Counted from the stretch's first letter, positions 1-9,891 are shown. The stretch is DNA of 61,908 bases from Bacilli bacterium (GCA_051872635.1 JBJEEA010000014.1:1944-63851), one strand, 5' to 3'. A program made the numbers and translations. Notes: a model not told the origin generated them from the letters alone.

Positions 1-411
1 GAAAAAATCATCTATGAAGTAACAGAAGGTGCTAATCAAAAATACACAATCACTAAAAATACTGAAGCTAAATTTAGAATAGATGCTAATTATGATTTGT
101 TTGATGGAGAAGTGTATATTGATAATGTATTAGTAGATTCTGAAAACTATACTTCTGAAAGTGGTAGTACAGTTATAACATTTAAACAAAGTTATATTGA
201 TACATTATCAGAAGGAGAACATACTTTAAAAGTTGTTTTCTCAGATGGTGGAGAAGCAACTACTAAATTCACTGTAGCAAGTGTTATTCCAGAAATTGAT
301 AATCCAAAAACAGGGGATAATGTTATATTCTATGTAGTAACTGGCATCCTATCTTTATTGGGATTAGCTGGAGCTGGAGCATTTGTTATTAGAAGAAAAC
401 AAACAAATTAA
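1..411 (+). CDS. Sortase-anchored surface protein, C-terminal part (Ig/X2-like domain + NPKTG sorting signal); 5' truncated by window
   Basis: Frame 1 is open from base 1 (EKIIYEVTEG...); NPKTG followed by a hydrophobic helix and RRK tail. Confidence 0.8.
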   Translation, partial: EKIIYEVTEGANQKYTITKNTEAKFRIDANYDLFDGEVYIDNVLVDSENYTSESGSTVITFKQSYIDTLSEGEHTLKVVFSDGGEATTKFTVASVIPEIDNPKTGDNVIFYVVTGILSLLGLAGAGAFVIRRKQTN

Positions 412-415
412 AAAT

Positions 416-445
416 GGGTTAGAGTTTTCTCTAACTCCTTTTTTT
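416..445 (+). terminator. Rho-independent terminator
   Basis: gggttagag-tttt-ctctaactc hairpin plus T-run. Confidence 0.7.
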
Positions 446-465
446 GTAAAAGAAAGGATGATAAT

Positions 466-951
466 GTGAATAAGAAAAAAAGTAAATTAAAATTCAAGAA
501 AAAACAAATTATCATTATTTCAAGTATTCTTTTAGTGATTATAGTATTTGCTATAATAATGATTACTAAAACTCCTAATGTGGGTAGTATTAAAAATGGC
601 AAAGCTAATTATATTGACAGAATTGTAAATGTTACTAAAAGTGAAGATAATATTGTCATAGAGTTTAAAAACAATGAAGAACTAATTGATAATTGCATTA
701 TGACTAAAGAAATTTATGATAAATTTAAAGCAAATGATCCTTTATATAATATAAGTATTAAAGACTATGCTAATTTATCTACTATTAGTTCAAAGGAAAG
801 TTATAACATAAATAAAGCGATTCAATTAAAATTAGTTTCAGAAGACACTAGCTATACTGAATTTTTTGCAATGACTTGTGGCTTTAAAAATAAAAAGGAA
901 CTTATGAAATACACAAAAGCAGTAATAAAATTATCAAATAAAGAAAAGTAA
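466..951 (+). CDS. Hypothetical protein with N-terminal membrane anchor
   Basis: RBS aaagga, GTG start, Lys-rich N-terminus then one TM helix. Confidence 0.7.
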   Translation: MNKKKSKLKFKKKQIIIISSILLVIIVFAIIMITKTPNVGSIKNGKANYIDRIVNVTKSEDNIVIEFKNNEELIDNCIMTKEIYDKFKANDPLYNISIKDYANLSTISSKESYNINKAIQLKLVSEDTSYTEFFAMTCGFKNKKELMKYTKAVIKLSNKEK

Positions 952-970
952 AATAATCAATTTAAGAATT

Positions 971-997
971 AGGTAGTGTTTTCACTACCTTATTTTT
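971..997 (+). terminator. Terminator between convergent genes
   Basis: aggtagtg-tttt-cactacct hairpin plus T-rich tail. Confidence 0.65.
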
Positions 998-1045
998 AAT
1001 TAATATTAGCAATCCTATTTTTTAAAATAAAAAAGATTCAATTAT

Positions 1046-1492
1046 CTAATTTTTTGAATCTTTTATTTTTCCACATATCCAATCAATAGATACTTTATAG
1101 TATTTAGCAAACTCTATCAATGGATAAGTATGAATTAAAATTTTTCCCATTTCATATTTTGAATAATTAGATTGATCTACTTTAATTATTTCAGAAATTT
1201 TATCTTGGGTATCATTATTTTCCATTCTAATAGTCTTTAAATTGTTTCCTATAATTTTTTTATCAATATTATCGTTAATAGTATCATATTTCTTAATATT
1301 TGTAAGACCGCATATATAATCTAAACTAATGCCATAATAATTACAAAAATCATTTAATTTCGTCAATGGAATAATATCAATACCATTTTCCCAACCGGCA
1401 TATGTTGATCTTGTTGTCTTTAAACTTTGGGCAACTTCTTTTTGTGTATTATCAAAGTATTCTCTAATCTCTTTCATTCTTTCATATATCAT
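1046..1492 (-). CDS. Tandem double XRE/HTH_3 transcriptional regulator
   Basis: Two HTH_3 repeats (TQKEVAQSL..STYAGWENG; TQDKISEII..SNYSKYEMG); ATG at 1492 has RBS gaggtg. Confidence 0.85.
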   Translation of the reverse strand: MIYERMKEIREYFDNTQKEVAQSLKTTRSTYAGWENGIDIIPLTKLNDFCNYYGISLDYICGLTNIKKYDTINDNIDKKIIGNNLKTIRMENNDTQDKISEIIKVDQSNYSKYEMGKILIHTYPLIEFAKYYKVSIDWICGKIKDSKN

Positions 1493-1599
1493 AAGTACCA
1501 CCTCATAATATAATTTTCTCAAATAAAAAAATAATATTAAAAAAGTGTCGGGACATTACCTAAAAATATGATATACTTATTAAGAAAGGAGCGATTATT

Positions 1600-1908
1600 G
1601 TGTATAAACTTGATTTTGAAGATTATATTACTATTATTTTTAAGTCTTTATTAATAACTTTAATACATACACCATTAATTATTGGATCAGTCTATCTTAT
1701 TGATATGAATATTAATTTTTCCAATATTATTTGTAGTATTAGTGGAATTCCAAAGGATTTAGCTTTAACAGTTATGAGTCCTGGATTTGGTAATGAAATT
1801 ATTTTTTTGACTACGGTTTTTGAATTTGGTATTATCTTTTATGTAATTAATAAATTTACAAAAACAAAATTATTTAACACTGTTTATGAATTTATTTACT
1901 ATTTATAA
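1600..1908 (+). CDS. Hypothetical small membrane protein
   Basis: RBS aaaggag, two hydrophobic segments; divergent from the XRE gene. Confidence 0.65.
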   Translation: MYKLDFEDYITIIFKSLLITLIHTPLIIGSVYLIDMNINFSNIICSISGIPKDLALTVMSPGFGNEIIFLTTVFEFGIIFYVINKFTKTKLFNTVYEFIYYL

Positions 1909-2003
1909 TTTATGTTATAAATAATAATTTTATGTGATACAATAATTTATATAAAGAACCGTTATTATTAAAATTTATTAATTTTTGAAAAGAGGATGTA
2001 TAT

Positions 2004-2519
2004 ATGATAGATATTAAATTTAAAAATATTTATGAATTATCAAAAGAACTTCAACAAAAATACTATAAACAAGACTATGATAGATTATTGCAAATAGACA
2101 CCAACATTGGTACTTTTAATGAGTTTGTTGAAAATGAGAATACAAAACTAAAAAATATATCTTCTGATAAGAATCAAAATCTAAATGATATTTATATATC
2201 AAAAGATAATATTCAAAAAGATAATATAACTTTTGAATTGTATTTGATTCATTATATGCATACTGATCCAACTATGTTGGATGAAAATTATCATGTACTC
2301 CCTTTAACTGAAAAAGAAGTTTTTGAATATGGTGCCATTGTATCATTAACAGATGACAATGGTTTCTATGATATTAGTGGTGTATTTGGAGGAATAGAAG
2401 ATAATAAAGAAGATGCTATTTTAAAATATAATATATTAAAAGATATGATAGAAAAAAAATCTATAACAGAACTTCTTGATGAAATAGAAGATTCAATTTT
2501 GCAACAATTAAATGGTTAA
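2004..2519 (+). CDS. Hypothetical protein
   Basis: RBS agagga, 171-aa ORF. Confidence 0.7.
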   Translation: MIDIKFKNIYELSKELQQKYYKQDYDRLLQIDTNIGTFNEFVENENTKLKNISSDKNQNLNDIYISKDNIQKDNITFELYLIHYMHTDPTMLDENYHVLPLTEKEVFEYGAIVSLTDDNGFYDISGVFGGIEDNKEDAILKYNILKDMIEKKSITELLDEIEDSILQQLNG

Positions 2520-2540
2520 AAACGCTTAATTTAAGTGTTG

Positions 2541-2613
2541 GCACAAATTGTACACAAAATGACATGAATTGGTCATGAATTGAGCTTGACTTTGTCTTGT
2601 CAAGTGATATAAT
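2541..2613 (+). promoter_or_regulatory. Sigma-A promoter with overlapping palindromic operator and phased upstream repeats
   Basis: TTGACT (2586) -16 bp- TATAAT (2608) with extended TG; palindrome cttgac-N8-gtcaag (2585-2604); cacaaa x2 and catgaattg x2 at 11-bp spacing. Confidence 0.6.
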
Positions 2614-2675
2614 GTAGTAAAATGAATTAATTATGCAAAGAGATTACTTTATTATTCATTTTTATAAAAAAATTA

Positions 2676-2704
2676 TTGACATATTTTCCTAAAAATATTA
2701 GAAT
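2676..2704 (+). promoter_or_regulatory. Sigma-A promoter
   Basis: TTGACA -17 bp- TAGAAT. Confidence 0.6.
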
Positions 2705-2770
2705 AGGTAACAATTAGTTTAAAGTTATTGGTAGTTCTGCTATCTATAACGAATTTATATTTAATTTTTT

Positions 2771-2836
2771 AGGGTAGAAGAAGCAGTATCAATTTCTATT
2801 TTAAGATTAGTTACTGGATTTCTTCTCCCTTTTTTT
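2771..2836 (+). terminator. Long leader hairpin / attenuator-type terminator
   Basis: agggtagaagaagcagta ... tactggatttcttctccct followed by T-run. Confidence 0.55.
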
Positions 2837-2855
2837 AGGGAATGAGGTTGACTGT

Positions 2856-2981
2856 ATGAATTACAATAAAATTGTTTATTCGTCTAAAACTATATTTAGA
2901 AATTATGATTTTGGTGATAATTCACTTGTTTTAAATGCCTCTGAAAAAAATATGTTAAATCTTATTAAGAGAGAAAGTTAG
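2856..2981 (+). CDS. Small 41-aa ORF (MNYNKIVYSSK...LIKRES), not in ORF track
   Basis: RBS gaggt about 7 nt upstream of ATG; open frame to TAG. Confidence 0.45.
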   Translation: MNYNKIVYSSKTIFRNYDFGDNSLVLNASEKNMLNLIKRES

Positions 2982-3010
2982 GGTTTTGCCCCAATTTTCT
3001 CTCTTTTATT
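2968..3010 (+). terminator. Hairpin immediately upstream of the ArpU-like gene RBS
   Basis: aagagagaaagttaggg-tttt-gccccaattttctctctt. Confidence 0.5.
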
Positions 3011-3029
3011 TTAGGAAAGGGTGGTTACT

Positions 3030-3506
3030 ATGGATTTAAAATTAGAACCAAATATTCAAGATGAATTTGCTGACAATTTTACATTAACAAAAGAAGAAAT
3101 GGTAATATATGATATACCTGCTACTTTTGAGAAAGTTGTTGAAAAATTAAGAGAGTTAAAAATAGCAAGAAATAAGTATATTAATGGATATCATGTACGA
3201 TTAACTCCAAATTATAGACCAAGATTAGAACAATTTACTCAAAATATTTCTGATCCTGTTGGTAAAGCAGTAGAATATAAATTAGATAATGAACAAGAAT
3301 ATAACTTATTTAATATTCAACTAAACAAATTATATTCTATTATGTCAAAAGAAGAAAATGCTTATATAAATGATTGCTTACTATGTGGCAAATCAGAATC
3401 ATCAGTTAAATCTAAATTTGATATTCCTAGAAGAACTTTTGATGTAATAAAGGATAGTGCAATAGTAAGATTTGGAATAGTCTTTAATATAATAGTTTAC
3501 AAATAA
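3030..3506 (+). CDS. ArpU/RinA-family transcriptional activator-like protein
   Basis: LTPNY motif, central helix and sigma-region-4-like C-terminal HTH (IPRRTFDVIKDSAIVRFG); ATG at 3030 has RBS ggaaagg. Confidence 0.6.
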   Translation: MDLKLEPNIQDEFADNFTLTKEEMVIYDIPATFEKVVEKLRELKIARNKYINGYHVRLTPNYRPRLEQFTQNISDPVGKAVEYKLDNEQEYNLFNIQLNKLYSIMSKEENAYINDCLLCGKSESSVKSKFDIPRRTFDVIKDSAIVRFGIVFNIIVYK

Positions 3507-3527
3507 TAAAATTGAAGTAGTAGCCAT

Positions 3528-3551
3528 AGGAGTCGTATTGACTCTTTTTTT
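3528..3551 (+). terminator. Rho-independent terminator
   Basis: ggagtc-gtatt-gactct plus T-run. Confidence 0.6.
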
Positions 3552-3680
3552 GTGCATTAAGTTACGAGTTTATAGGGATCTCGTTAAAAAAACTAATATT
3601 TAAGAAAGGAGTGATAAACTTGAAGTATATTATAAAAGTTAAATTAAAAATACCATAAATACTAATATTTGAAAAATTTT

Positions 3681-3724
3681 AAAAAAACTCTTGCAAAATT
3701 TCATTTTTTAAGTGATAAATAGAA
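3681..3724 (+). promoter_or_regulatory. Conserved ICE promoter element, copy 1 (upstream of transfer region)
   Basis: aaaaaaactcTTGCAAaatttcattttttaagtgataaatagaa; near-identical to 30248-30291. Confidence 0.65.
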
Positions 3725-3794
3725 TAGTAAAAATCTTTTATATTTACCTATTTTTAGCCATTATAAGAGATTTAAGGGTAGGAGTTGATATACT

Positions 3795-4523
3795 ATGAGA
3801 GAAACATTTAAAGGTCGTATTAAATGGATTATTTTGATTAGTGTAGTAGTAGTTGGAATAGGTATTATATTTACATTAGTGTTTAGTGATTCCAATAAAA
3901 ATTATGATACTAAAAGAAATTCAAAAATTACTTCTGATGTTAAAGAAGAATTAAAAGAAAATAAAGTATTAGAAGAACAAAAAATAGAAGAAGATAAGGG
4001 AGAGGAAAGTATTGATGTTGTAGAAAAAGAAACAACTACAAATAACACTCCAAAAACTAATGATAAAAATAGTTCTTCAACTAATTCTAAACCTAATAAT
4101 GTAACATCAAGTAATAAAACTAATACTAACTCAAATCAAACAACGACCAATAACAATAATAGTGTAAATTCTAATACGAATAGTAATTCTAATAATAATA
4201 ATAATATATCAAATAATACTGAACCACCAAAGCAAGATCCACCAATTAATAAACCTAGTGAAGACTTAACTAAAATTGCTAACCCAAATGACTTTTTTTA
4301 TTCAATAACTGGTGGTAATGTTGAGTTTTCAACTAATGCAGGTTGTATGAAAGCAGGAGAAGACATTGCTTTTATAGATGTAGTAGATATTCAGTATTTT
4401 AGATGTTATGAGGTAACTTCAAAAGCAAATACTATAATGGGTTATTACTTAAATATATTTTGTGAGAATGGAAATTGTAATTCAAGATACAAATCAATGA
4501 TTAATATAAACGATTATGATTAA
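3795..4523 (+). CDS. Membrane-anchored extracellular protein with N/S/T-rich linker and Cys-containing C-terminal domain
   Basis: N-terminal TM helix, low-complexity Asn-rich stalk, four Cys in C-terminal domain. Confidence 0.75.
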   Translation: MRETFKGRIKWIILISVVVVGIGIIFTLVFSDSNKNYDTKRNSKITSDVKEELKENKVLEEQKIEEDKGEESIDVVEKETTTNNTPKTNDKNSSSTNSKPNNVTSSNKTNTNSNQTTTNNNNSVNSNTNSNSNNNNNISNNTEPPKQDPPINKPSEDLTKIANPNDFFYSITGGNVEFSTNAGCMKAGEDIAFIDVVDIQYFRCYEVTSKANTIMGYYLNIFCENGNCNSRYKSMININDYD

Positions 4524-4528
4524 TCTAT

Positions 4529-4555
4529 ATGCACCTAGAAAGGTGTATTTTTTTT
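4529..4555 (+). terminator. Intra-operon terminator-like hairpin
   Basis: atgcacct-agaa-aggtgtat plus T-run, about 20 nt before the adhesin start. Confidence 0.55.
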
Positions 4556-4577
4556 ATAAGGAGGAAGATGAATACAA

Positions 4578-7310
4578 ATGAAAATTAATTTAAAGAAATG
4601 TGCATTAGTATTAGCACTAACAATTGGTGCGTTTATTGGTGTTCAAAATGTTCATGCAGCCACATTAACAATGGAAGATTCAGGTTATTTTTATGATAGA
4701 AATAATGCAAGTGGAAATGATAGACACTCATGGTATTGGAGATTATACACTGTAGATGGGCAAGTTGCATATTGTATTGAGCCAGGTACTCCAGAGGGGA
4801 CTTCAATGATAGAAGGAAATTGGTCAAATACAGGTTTATCTGATTCAATAAAAGAAAGAATTACATTAATTGGATATTATGGTTATACTTATCCAGGACA
4901 TCAAACTTTAAAATATCGAGCAGCTACACAAGGAATGATTTGGCAAACAATTATAGGTAGTGGTTATGTAAATTTTTCTACTGAAAGATGGGGAGCAGGA
5001 ACTCAATTAGATATATCAGCAGAAACTGCTGAAATTGAAAGATTAATAGCTACCCATTATACTAGACCAAGTTTTAATGGTGGAACATATAGTTTACAAG
5101 TGGGAGAAACTATTACACTAACTGATACAAATAATGTACTAGGAAATTATGATATTTTAGTAAATGGTGCAGATTATAGTGTAAATGGAAATAATTTAAT
5201 TATAAAACCTACTACAAGTGGAACTATCACAGTAAATTTAAAAAAGAAAATGCCTTATTCATCAAATTATAAAATATTTTATGGAGATGGAGTTCAGAAT
5301 ATGTTTGTTGCAGGTTCGACTGATCCTGTTGTTAGTCAATTTAAAATAAATTCATATTATGGACAAGTTGAGATGAATAAAAAAGATGTTGAAACAGGTT
5401 CTACTGCTCAAGGACAAGCGACATTAAAGAATGCTATATATGGAGTATATAAAACTGATGGATCATTAGTAACAAAAATTACGACTGATGAAAATGGATA
5501 TGCCATAAGTGATTCGGTATTAAGTTATGGAACATATTATTTACAAGAAATAAGTGCTAGTAATGGATATGAAATAAATAATGAAAAGATTTTCTTTGAT
5601 ATTAAGGGAAAGAGTCTAGTTAAAGCCGAAGATTCAAAAGAAACAGTAGTAAAAAATTATATAAGTATATTGAAACAATATGATTTTGTAGATGGTAACA
5701 CTACTTTTTTAAATGCTGAAAAAGGTATAAAATTTGAAATTTATTATCCGAATGGAGAAAAGTTTGATGAAATAATTACTGATAAAAATGGTTATGCAAC
5801 TATTAATCTACCTTATGGAGTATGGAAATTTCATCAAGTAAATTCAACAACAGGATTTGAAAAAATTTATGATTTTTATATTACAGTTGATTATAATTCA
5901 GAAAAAGAACAATATTATAATATTTTAAACAATGCTTTATCTGCTTATTTACAAGTTTTTAAAACTGATGTTGAAACAGGAAAAACAATTGCTTTTGCTG
6001 ATACTACATTTAAAATCTATAACAAAGATACAAAACAATATGTATCTCAATATGTGGGTGGAAAAGTATATAGTGAATTTAAAACTGATAAAGATGGTAA
6101 ATTTATAACTTATCTTAAATTAGTTGCAGGAAATTATACTTTATATGAAATATCTAGTCCAAAAGGTTATTTATTAGATGAAAAAGGGATAGATTTTACT
6201 ATTGGAAATGATACGCATTATTCATATACTACTTATGAACCATTTATTACAGTATACTTTAATAATAGTCCAATAAAAGGACAAATTGAAGTAATAAAGG
6301 ATGGGGAAGTTTTCACAATAGAAGATGGAACTTTTAATTATAATGATAGAATTACATTAGAGGGTATTGTTTATAATATCTATGCTGATGAAGATATTAA
6401 ATCATCAGATGGAACTCATATTTATTATAATAAAGGAGATTTAGTTGGAACAATTACTACTAATAAAGATGGATATGCTATAAGTGAGGAGTTACCATTA
6501 GGAAAATATAAAGTAGTAGAAGTAAGAACAAATGATGAATATTTACTTGATGAAACTGAATATTTTGTAGAGCTAATTGAAAAAGATAATAAAACAGCAA
6601 TTGTTTATAGTTCTATTAAAATGACTAATACTTTAAAAAAGGCAAAGGTGGAAATAACAAAGACTGATCTTATCAATGGAGATGTTATTCCTAATACAAT
6701 TTTAGAAGTATATACTGAAAATGATGAATTGATTTTTACAGGAAAAACTGATAAAGAAGGTAAAATCATTATTGATGGATTGAAATTAGGTAAATATTAT
6801 ATTTTAGAGAAAGAGGCATCATTAGGTTATGTTATAACTAACGAAAAAATCTATTTTGAATTAAAAGATAATGGAGAAATAGTAAAAGCCGAAATGAAGA
6901 ATAAACCTATAACATCAACAGTAGAAATAACAAAAATTGATGTTTCAAATAGTGAGCCATTACCTAATACTATTATTGAAGTTTACAATGATAAAGATGA
7001 ATTAATTTATAGTGGTAAAACAAATGAAGAAGGTAAAATTGTCATTGAAGAATTAAGGTATGGAAAATATTATTTTATAGAAAAAGAAGCACCAGAGGGT
7101 TATCAGTTTAATAGTGAAAAAATGTATTTTGAAGTTCTTGAAGATGGAGAAATTATAAAATGCACTATGACAGATGAAAAAATTGTAATTGAAGTGCCTA
7201 ATACTTTAAAAAATGATTATATACCATTTATCATGTTTGGAATGTCAGTTATAGGAATGGGAGCAGTTGCTTATGGATTCATCAAAAGTAAAAAAGCAAA
7301 GAAAAAATAA
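4578..7310 (+). CDS. Thioester-domain (TED) adhesin with SpaA/CnaB-type repeats, sortase anchored
   Basis: Signal peptide; YCIEPG and TQGMIW thioester motifs; repeated TDxxG..L..G.Y...E..AP.GY pilin-like domains; VPNT + TM + basic tail. Confidence 0.85.
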   Translation: MKINLKKCALVLALTIGAFIGVQNVHAATLTMEDSGYFYDRNNASGNDRHSWYWRLYTVDGQVAYCIEPGTPEGTSMIEGNWSNTGLSDSIKERITLIGYYGYTYPGHQTLKYRAATQGMIWQTIIGSGYVNFSTERWGAGTQLDISAETAEIERLIATHYTRPSFNGGTYSLQVGETITLTDTNNVLGNYDILVNGADYSVNGNNLIIKPTTSGTITVNLKKKMPYSSNYKIFYGDGVQNMFVAGSTDPVVSQFKINSYYGQVEMNKKDVETGSTAQGQATLKNAIYGVYKTDGSLVTKITTDENGYAISDSVLSYGTYYLQEISASNGYEINNEKIFFDIKGKSLVKAEDSKETVVKNYISILKQYDFVDGNTTFLNAEKGIKFEIYYPNGEKFDEIITDKNGYATINLPYGVWKFHQVNSTTGFEKIYDFYITVDYNSEKEQYYNILNNALSAYLQVFKTDVETGKTIAFADTTFKIYNKDTKQYVSQYVGGKVYSEFKTDKDGKFITYLKLVAGNYTLYEISSPKGYLLDEKGIDFTIGNDTHYSYTTYEPFITVYFNNSPIKGQIEVIKDGEVFTIEDGTFNYNDRITLEGIVYNIYADEDIKSSDGTHIYYNKGDLVGTITTNKDGYAISEELPLGKYKVVEVRTNDEYLLDETEYFVELIEKDNKTAIVYSSIKMTNTLKKAKVEITKTDLINGDVIPNTILEVYTENDELIFTGKTDKEGKIIIDGLKLGKYYILEKEASLGYVITNEKIYFELKDNGEIVKAEMKNKPITSTVEITKIDVSNSEPLPNTIIEVYNDKDELIYSGKTNEEGKIVIEELRYGKYYFIEKEAPEGYQFNSEKMYFEVLEDGEIIKCTMTDEKIVIEVPNTLKNDYIPFIMFGMSVIGMGAVAYGFIKSKKAKKK

Positions 7311-7926
7311 AAGATACTCATTAATAATTTGTATGGGTATCTTTTTATTCTTTTTAAGTACATTATATTTTATTTATAATTACTGTCAAAATAGAAAACA
7401 AGATATTCAAGAAAATCAAATGATAGAAGAATTTTTTGAAATTACAAATGAAGATGAAGAAGAAATAGTAATTGAAGAAAATGACAAGGATCAAGAAATT
7501 GTTATTCAAAAGGAAACAGTTAATTATATGGCAATATTAGAAATACCTAAAATAAATTTAAAAATAGGACTATTTGATAAAAATAGTTCTAATAACAATG
7601 TGGATAAAAATATTTACATATTAAATGAAACTACTTTACCAGATGAGCAAATTAATAGTCATATTATTTTAGCTGCTCATTCTGGTAATAGTTATATATC
7701 ATTTTTTAGAAACTTAAAAAAATTAGATATGAAAGACAAAGTTTATTTTTATTATAAAGGTGTTAAATATATCTACGAAGTATCTAATAAATATGAAATT
7801 GAAAAAACAGGAACGACTGAATTAAAGCAAACTAATACATCTGATATTACACTTATTACTTGTATTAGTGGAACTAACAAACAAGTTGTTTATGTGGCAA
7901 CATTGATAGATAAACAAAACTATTAA
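7273..7926 (+). CDS. Sortase
   Basis: N-terminal TM, LEIPKI, ILAAHSG and TLITC catalytic motifs; start codon uncertain. Confidence 0.9.
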   Translation: MDSSKVKKQRKNKRYSLIICMGIFLFFLSTLYFIYNYCQNRKQDIQENQMIEEFFEITNEDEEEIVIEENDKDQEIVIQKETVNYMAILEIPKINLKIGLFDKNSSNNNVDKNIYILNETTLPDEQINSHIILAAHSGNSYISFFRNLKKLDMKDKVYFYYKGVKYIYEVSNKYEIEKTGTTELKQTNTSDITLITCISGTNKQVVYVATLIDKQNY

Positions 7927-7941
7927 AGAAAGGAAAAATTT

Positions 7942-8319
7942 ATGGAGAAGGTTGCAGTATATGCTAGTTTCAAAAATCATAACAGACAATCAATTGATTA
8001 TTTTTTAAGGCAAATATCAGATTGGTGTCTTATGAAAAATTATGATTATACACTCTATTTTGATAAAGTTCAAAATCGATTGGATTTGAATAGAAAAGAA
8101 TTAAATAATTTGAAAGAAGACATTGAAAATAAAGAATATTCAAAAGTAATTATAAAAGACATAACTCAGTTATCAAGAAATACTATTTACAATATAAATT
8201 TTTTACAATTTCTAGAAGATAATAATTGCAAAATAGAAAGTATGGATGGAACTGATTTGAATTTATATAAAAAGATATTTGATAGATTTAACAAAAATAA
8301 GGAGGAAAGAGAAAGATGA
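7942..8319 (+). CDS. Resolvase/serine-recombinase catalytic-domain-like protein, apparently inactive
   Basis: VAVYA.., R.EL..L..DI....KVIIKDITQLSRN pattern; YARVS replaced by YASFK; no DNA-binding domain. Confidence 0.6.
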   Translation: MEKVAVYASFKNHNRQSIDYFLRQISDWCLMKNYDYTLYFDKVQNRLDLNRKELNNLKEDIENKEYSKVIIKDITQLSRNTIYNINFLQFLEDNNCKIESMDGTDLNLYKKIFDRFNKNKEERER

Positions 8320-8729
8320 ATAACGAAGTTGAAAGAGAAGTAAAAAATTCAAAAAATAAATTTGAATTAGAAGGGAATGTTGCTAATATCAATGATATTT
8401 ATACTAATCAAAATGGTAAAAAAATATTAAGATTTGATTTAGCCCAAAATAATAATGGGAATACACAGTTTGTTCCTATTGTATTAAGAGGAGAATTAGT
8501 AAACTCTTATGGTAATGAAATTCAAAAAGGAGATTGGATTTCTGTAAAAGGTAGAATATCTACTTATCAAAAAGATGTTGAAAGAGATGGTAAAACATAT
8601 AAAGATAAAGCAATAGATATTCTTGGTTTTGAAATTACTGATAGAACAAATAATAAAGTTTATACTTCTGATGGTCAAGTTCATGAATTAACAAATAAAG
8701 AAAAAAACCAAACAGAAATGGAAAGATAA
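8316..8729 (+). CDS. ssb: Single-stranded DNA-binding protein
   Basis: OB-fold pattern NKFELEGNV...FVPIVL..IQKGDWISVKGRIST. Confidence 0.8.
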   Translation: MNNEVEREVKNSKNKFELEGNVANINDIYTNQNGKKILRFDLAQNNNGNTQFVPIVLRGELVNSYGNEIQKGDWISVKGRISTYQKDVERDGKTYKDKAIDILGFEITDRTNNKVYTSDGQVHELTNKEKNQTEMER

Positions 8730-8732
8730 ATA

Positions 8733-9236
8733 ATGAAATATCAATATGAATTATTAAATTATTGGAATGACTCTGATGATTTATATGTTAATTACATAGT
8801 AGAAGATTTAGAATCTCATAAGAAAGCAAATGTAATCAATTATTTTAATACTTCTGATATAGGTTGCAATTATAATACTGCATCAATAGAAGTAATAGAA
8901 AGTTCATTATATAAACTTATTAAAAAAAACAATGGTGTAGAATTTAATATGCCAAAGGTAAGTGAATTAAGCCCATTATTAAAATATGTATATGACTGTG
9001 TATGTGATAGTGAATCAAATATGTGTCATATAGACTATAACGATTGGGAAGAATTAAAAGATTATAATGATTTTATCGAAGAAGATATTGCCACATTAAA
9101 GAAAGAAATTGATAAATATAATTTAGACGATTATATTACTATTGACGATGGAGAATATAAAATATGTGGTTATGGTGGATTACAATGTTGCTTTAATGAT
9201 GATAGAGATAAAGGAAGTGATGAACTTGAAAGATGA
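8733..9236 (+). CDS. Hypothetical acidic protein
   Basis: Coupled ORF in the transfer operon, ends DELER. Confidence 0.7.
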   Translation: MKYQYELLNYWNDSDDLYVNYIVEDLESHKKANVINYFNTSDIGCNYNTASIEVIESSLYKLIKKNNGVEFNMPKVSELSPLLKYVYDCVCDSESNMCHIDYNDWEELKDYNDFIEEDIATLKKEIDKYNLDDYITIDDGEYKICGYGGLQCCFNDDRDKGSDELER

Positions 9237-9891
9237 ATTAAAAAAAGGTCAAGCATTCATAGGATTGGATGATAATAAATATTATTTTTTAGGATTTGAT
9301 TATGATGACCAAATATTTTTCACAACATTGGATTTATGGAGTGATAAAGAACAGGGTTATATGTCAAAAAGTAATATATTTATAAAAGAAATTTTAGATG
9401 AAAAATCTGATGTCATAGAAAATTGTACTTGGTATTATCAATCTATGAAAGAATTAGATAATTCATCTATGGAAGAAAAAATTAAAAGATGTTTAGATAT
9501 TATTAAAAATTCAAATACTAATGACTTTGAATTAAGACCTACTGAAATAGGTCCATTAGTTAGAGGACAAGCATATAGTAAGGAATTTAATCAATATTAT
9601 GAAGTTATTGGATTTATTGTTGATAATAATATTTATGTTGATGATAATTTAAAGTCGAAGCAAAAAGGATTTTTTGCAATATATCACTCAAATTGTGAAA
9701 GCACTGTACCATTAATATTTGAAAGAAATTTTAGTGATAAAGATAATTCTTTTGATGGTAAACATTTTGTTGCAGGTAATGATGATAGAGTTGATATAGA
9801 AGATATTATTTGTAATAAAGATTTAGTTGAATCTTATATGAATGATAATTTAATAGAAAGATTAGAAAATAATAAAGAAATGTCAAAATAA
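9220..9891 (+). CDS. Hypothetical protein
   Basis: ATG at 9220 with RBS aagga, overlapping the upstream gene. Confidence 0.7.
   Translation: MNLKDELKKGQAFIGLDDNKYYFLGFDYDDQIFFTTLDLWSDKEQGYMSKSNIFIKEILDEKSDVIENCTWYYQSMKELDNSSMEEKIKRCLDIIKNSNTNDFELRPTEIGPLVRGQAYSKEFNQYYEVIGFIVDNNIYVDDNLKSKQKGFFAIYHSNCESTVPLIFERNFSDKDNSFDGKHFVAGNDDRVDIEDIICNKDLVESYMNDNLIERLENNKEMSK

Noticed and set aside
3620-3658. 12-codon ORF (TTG start) after a strong RBS
   Set aside because: Too short to support; could be a remnant or leader but there is no further evidence
4030-4220. aat-rich stretch as a tandem repeat or contingency locus
   Set aside because: Imperfect, in-frame Asn/Ser/Thr linker of a surface protein
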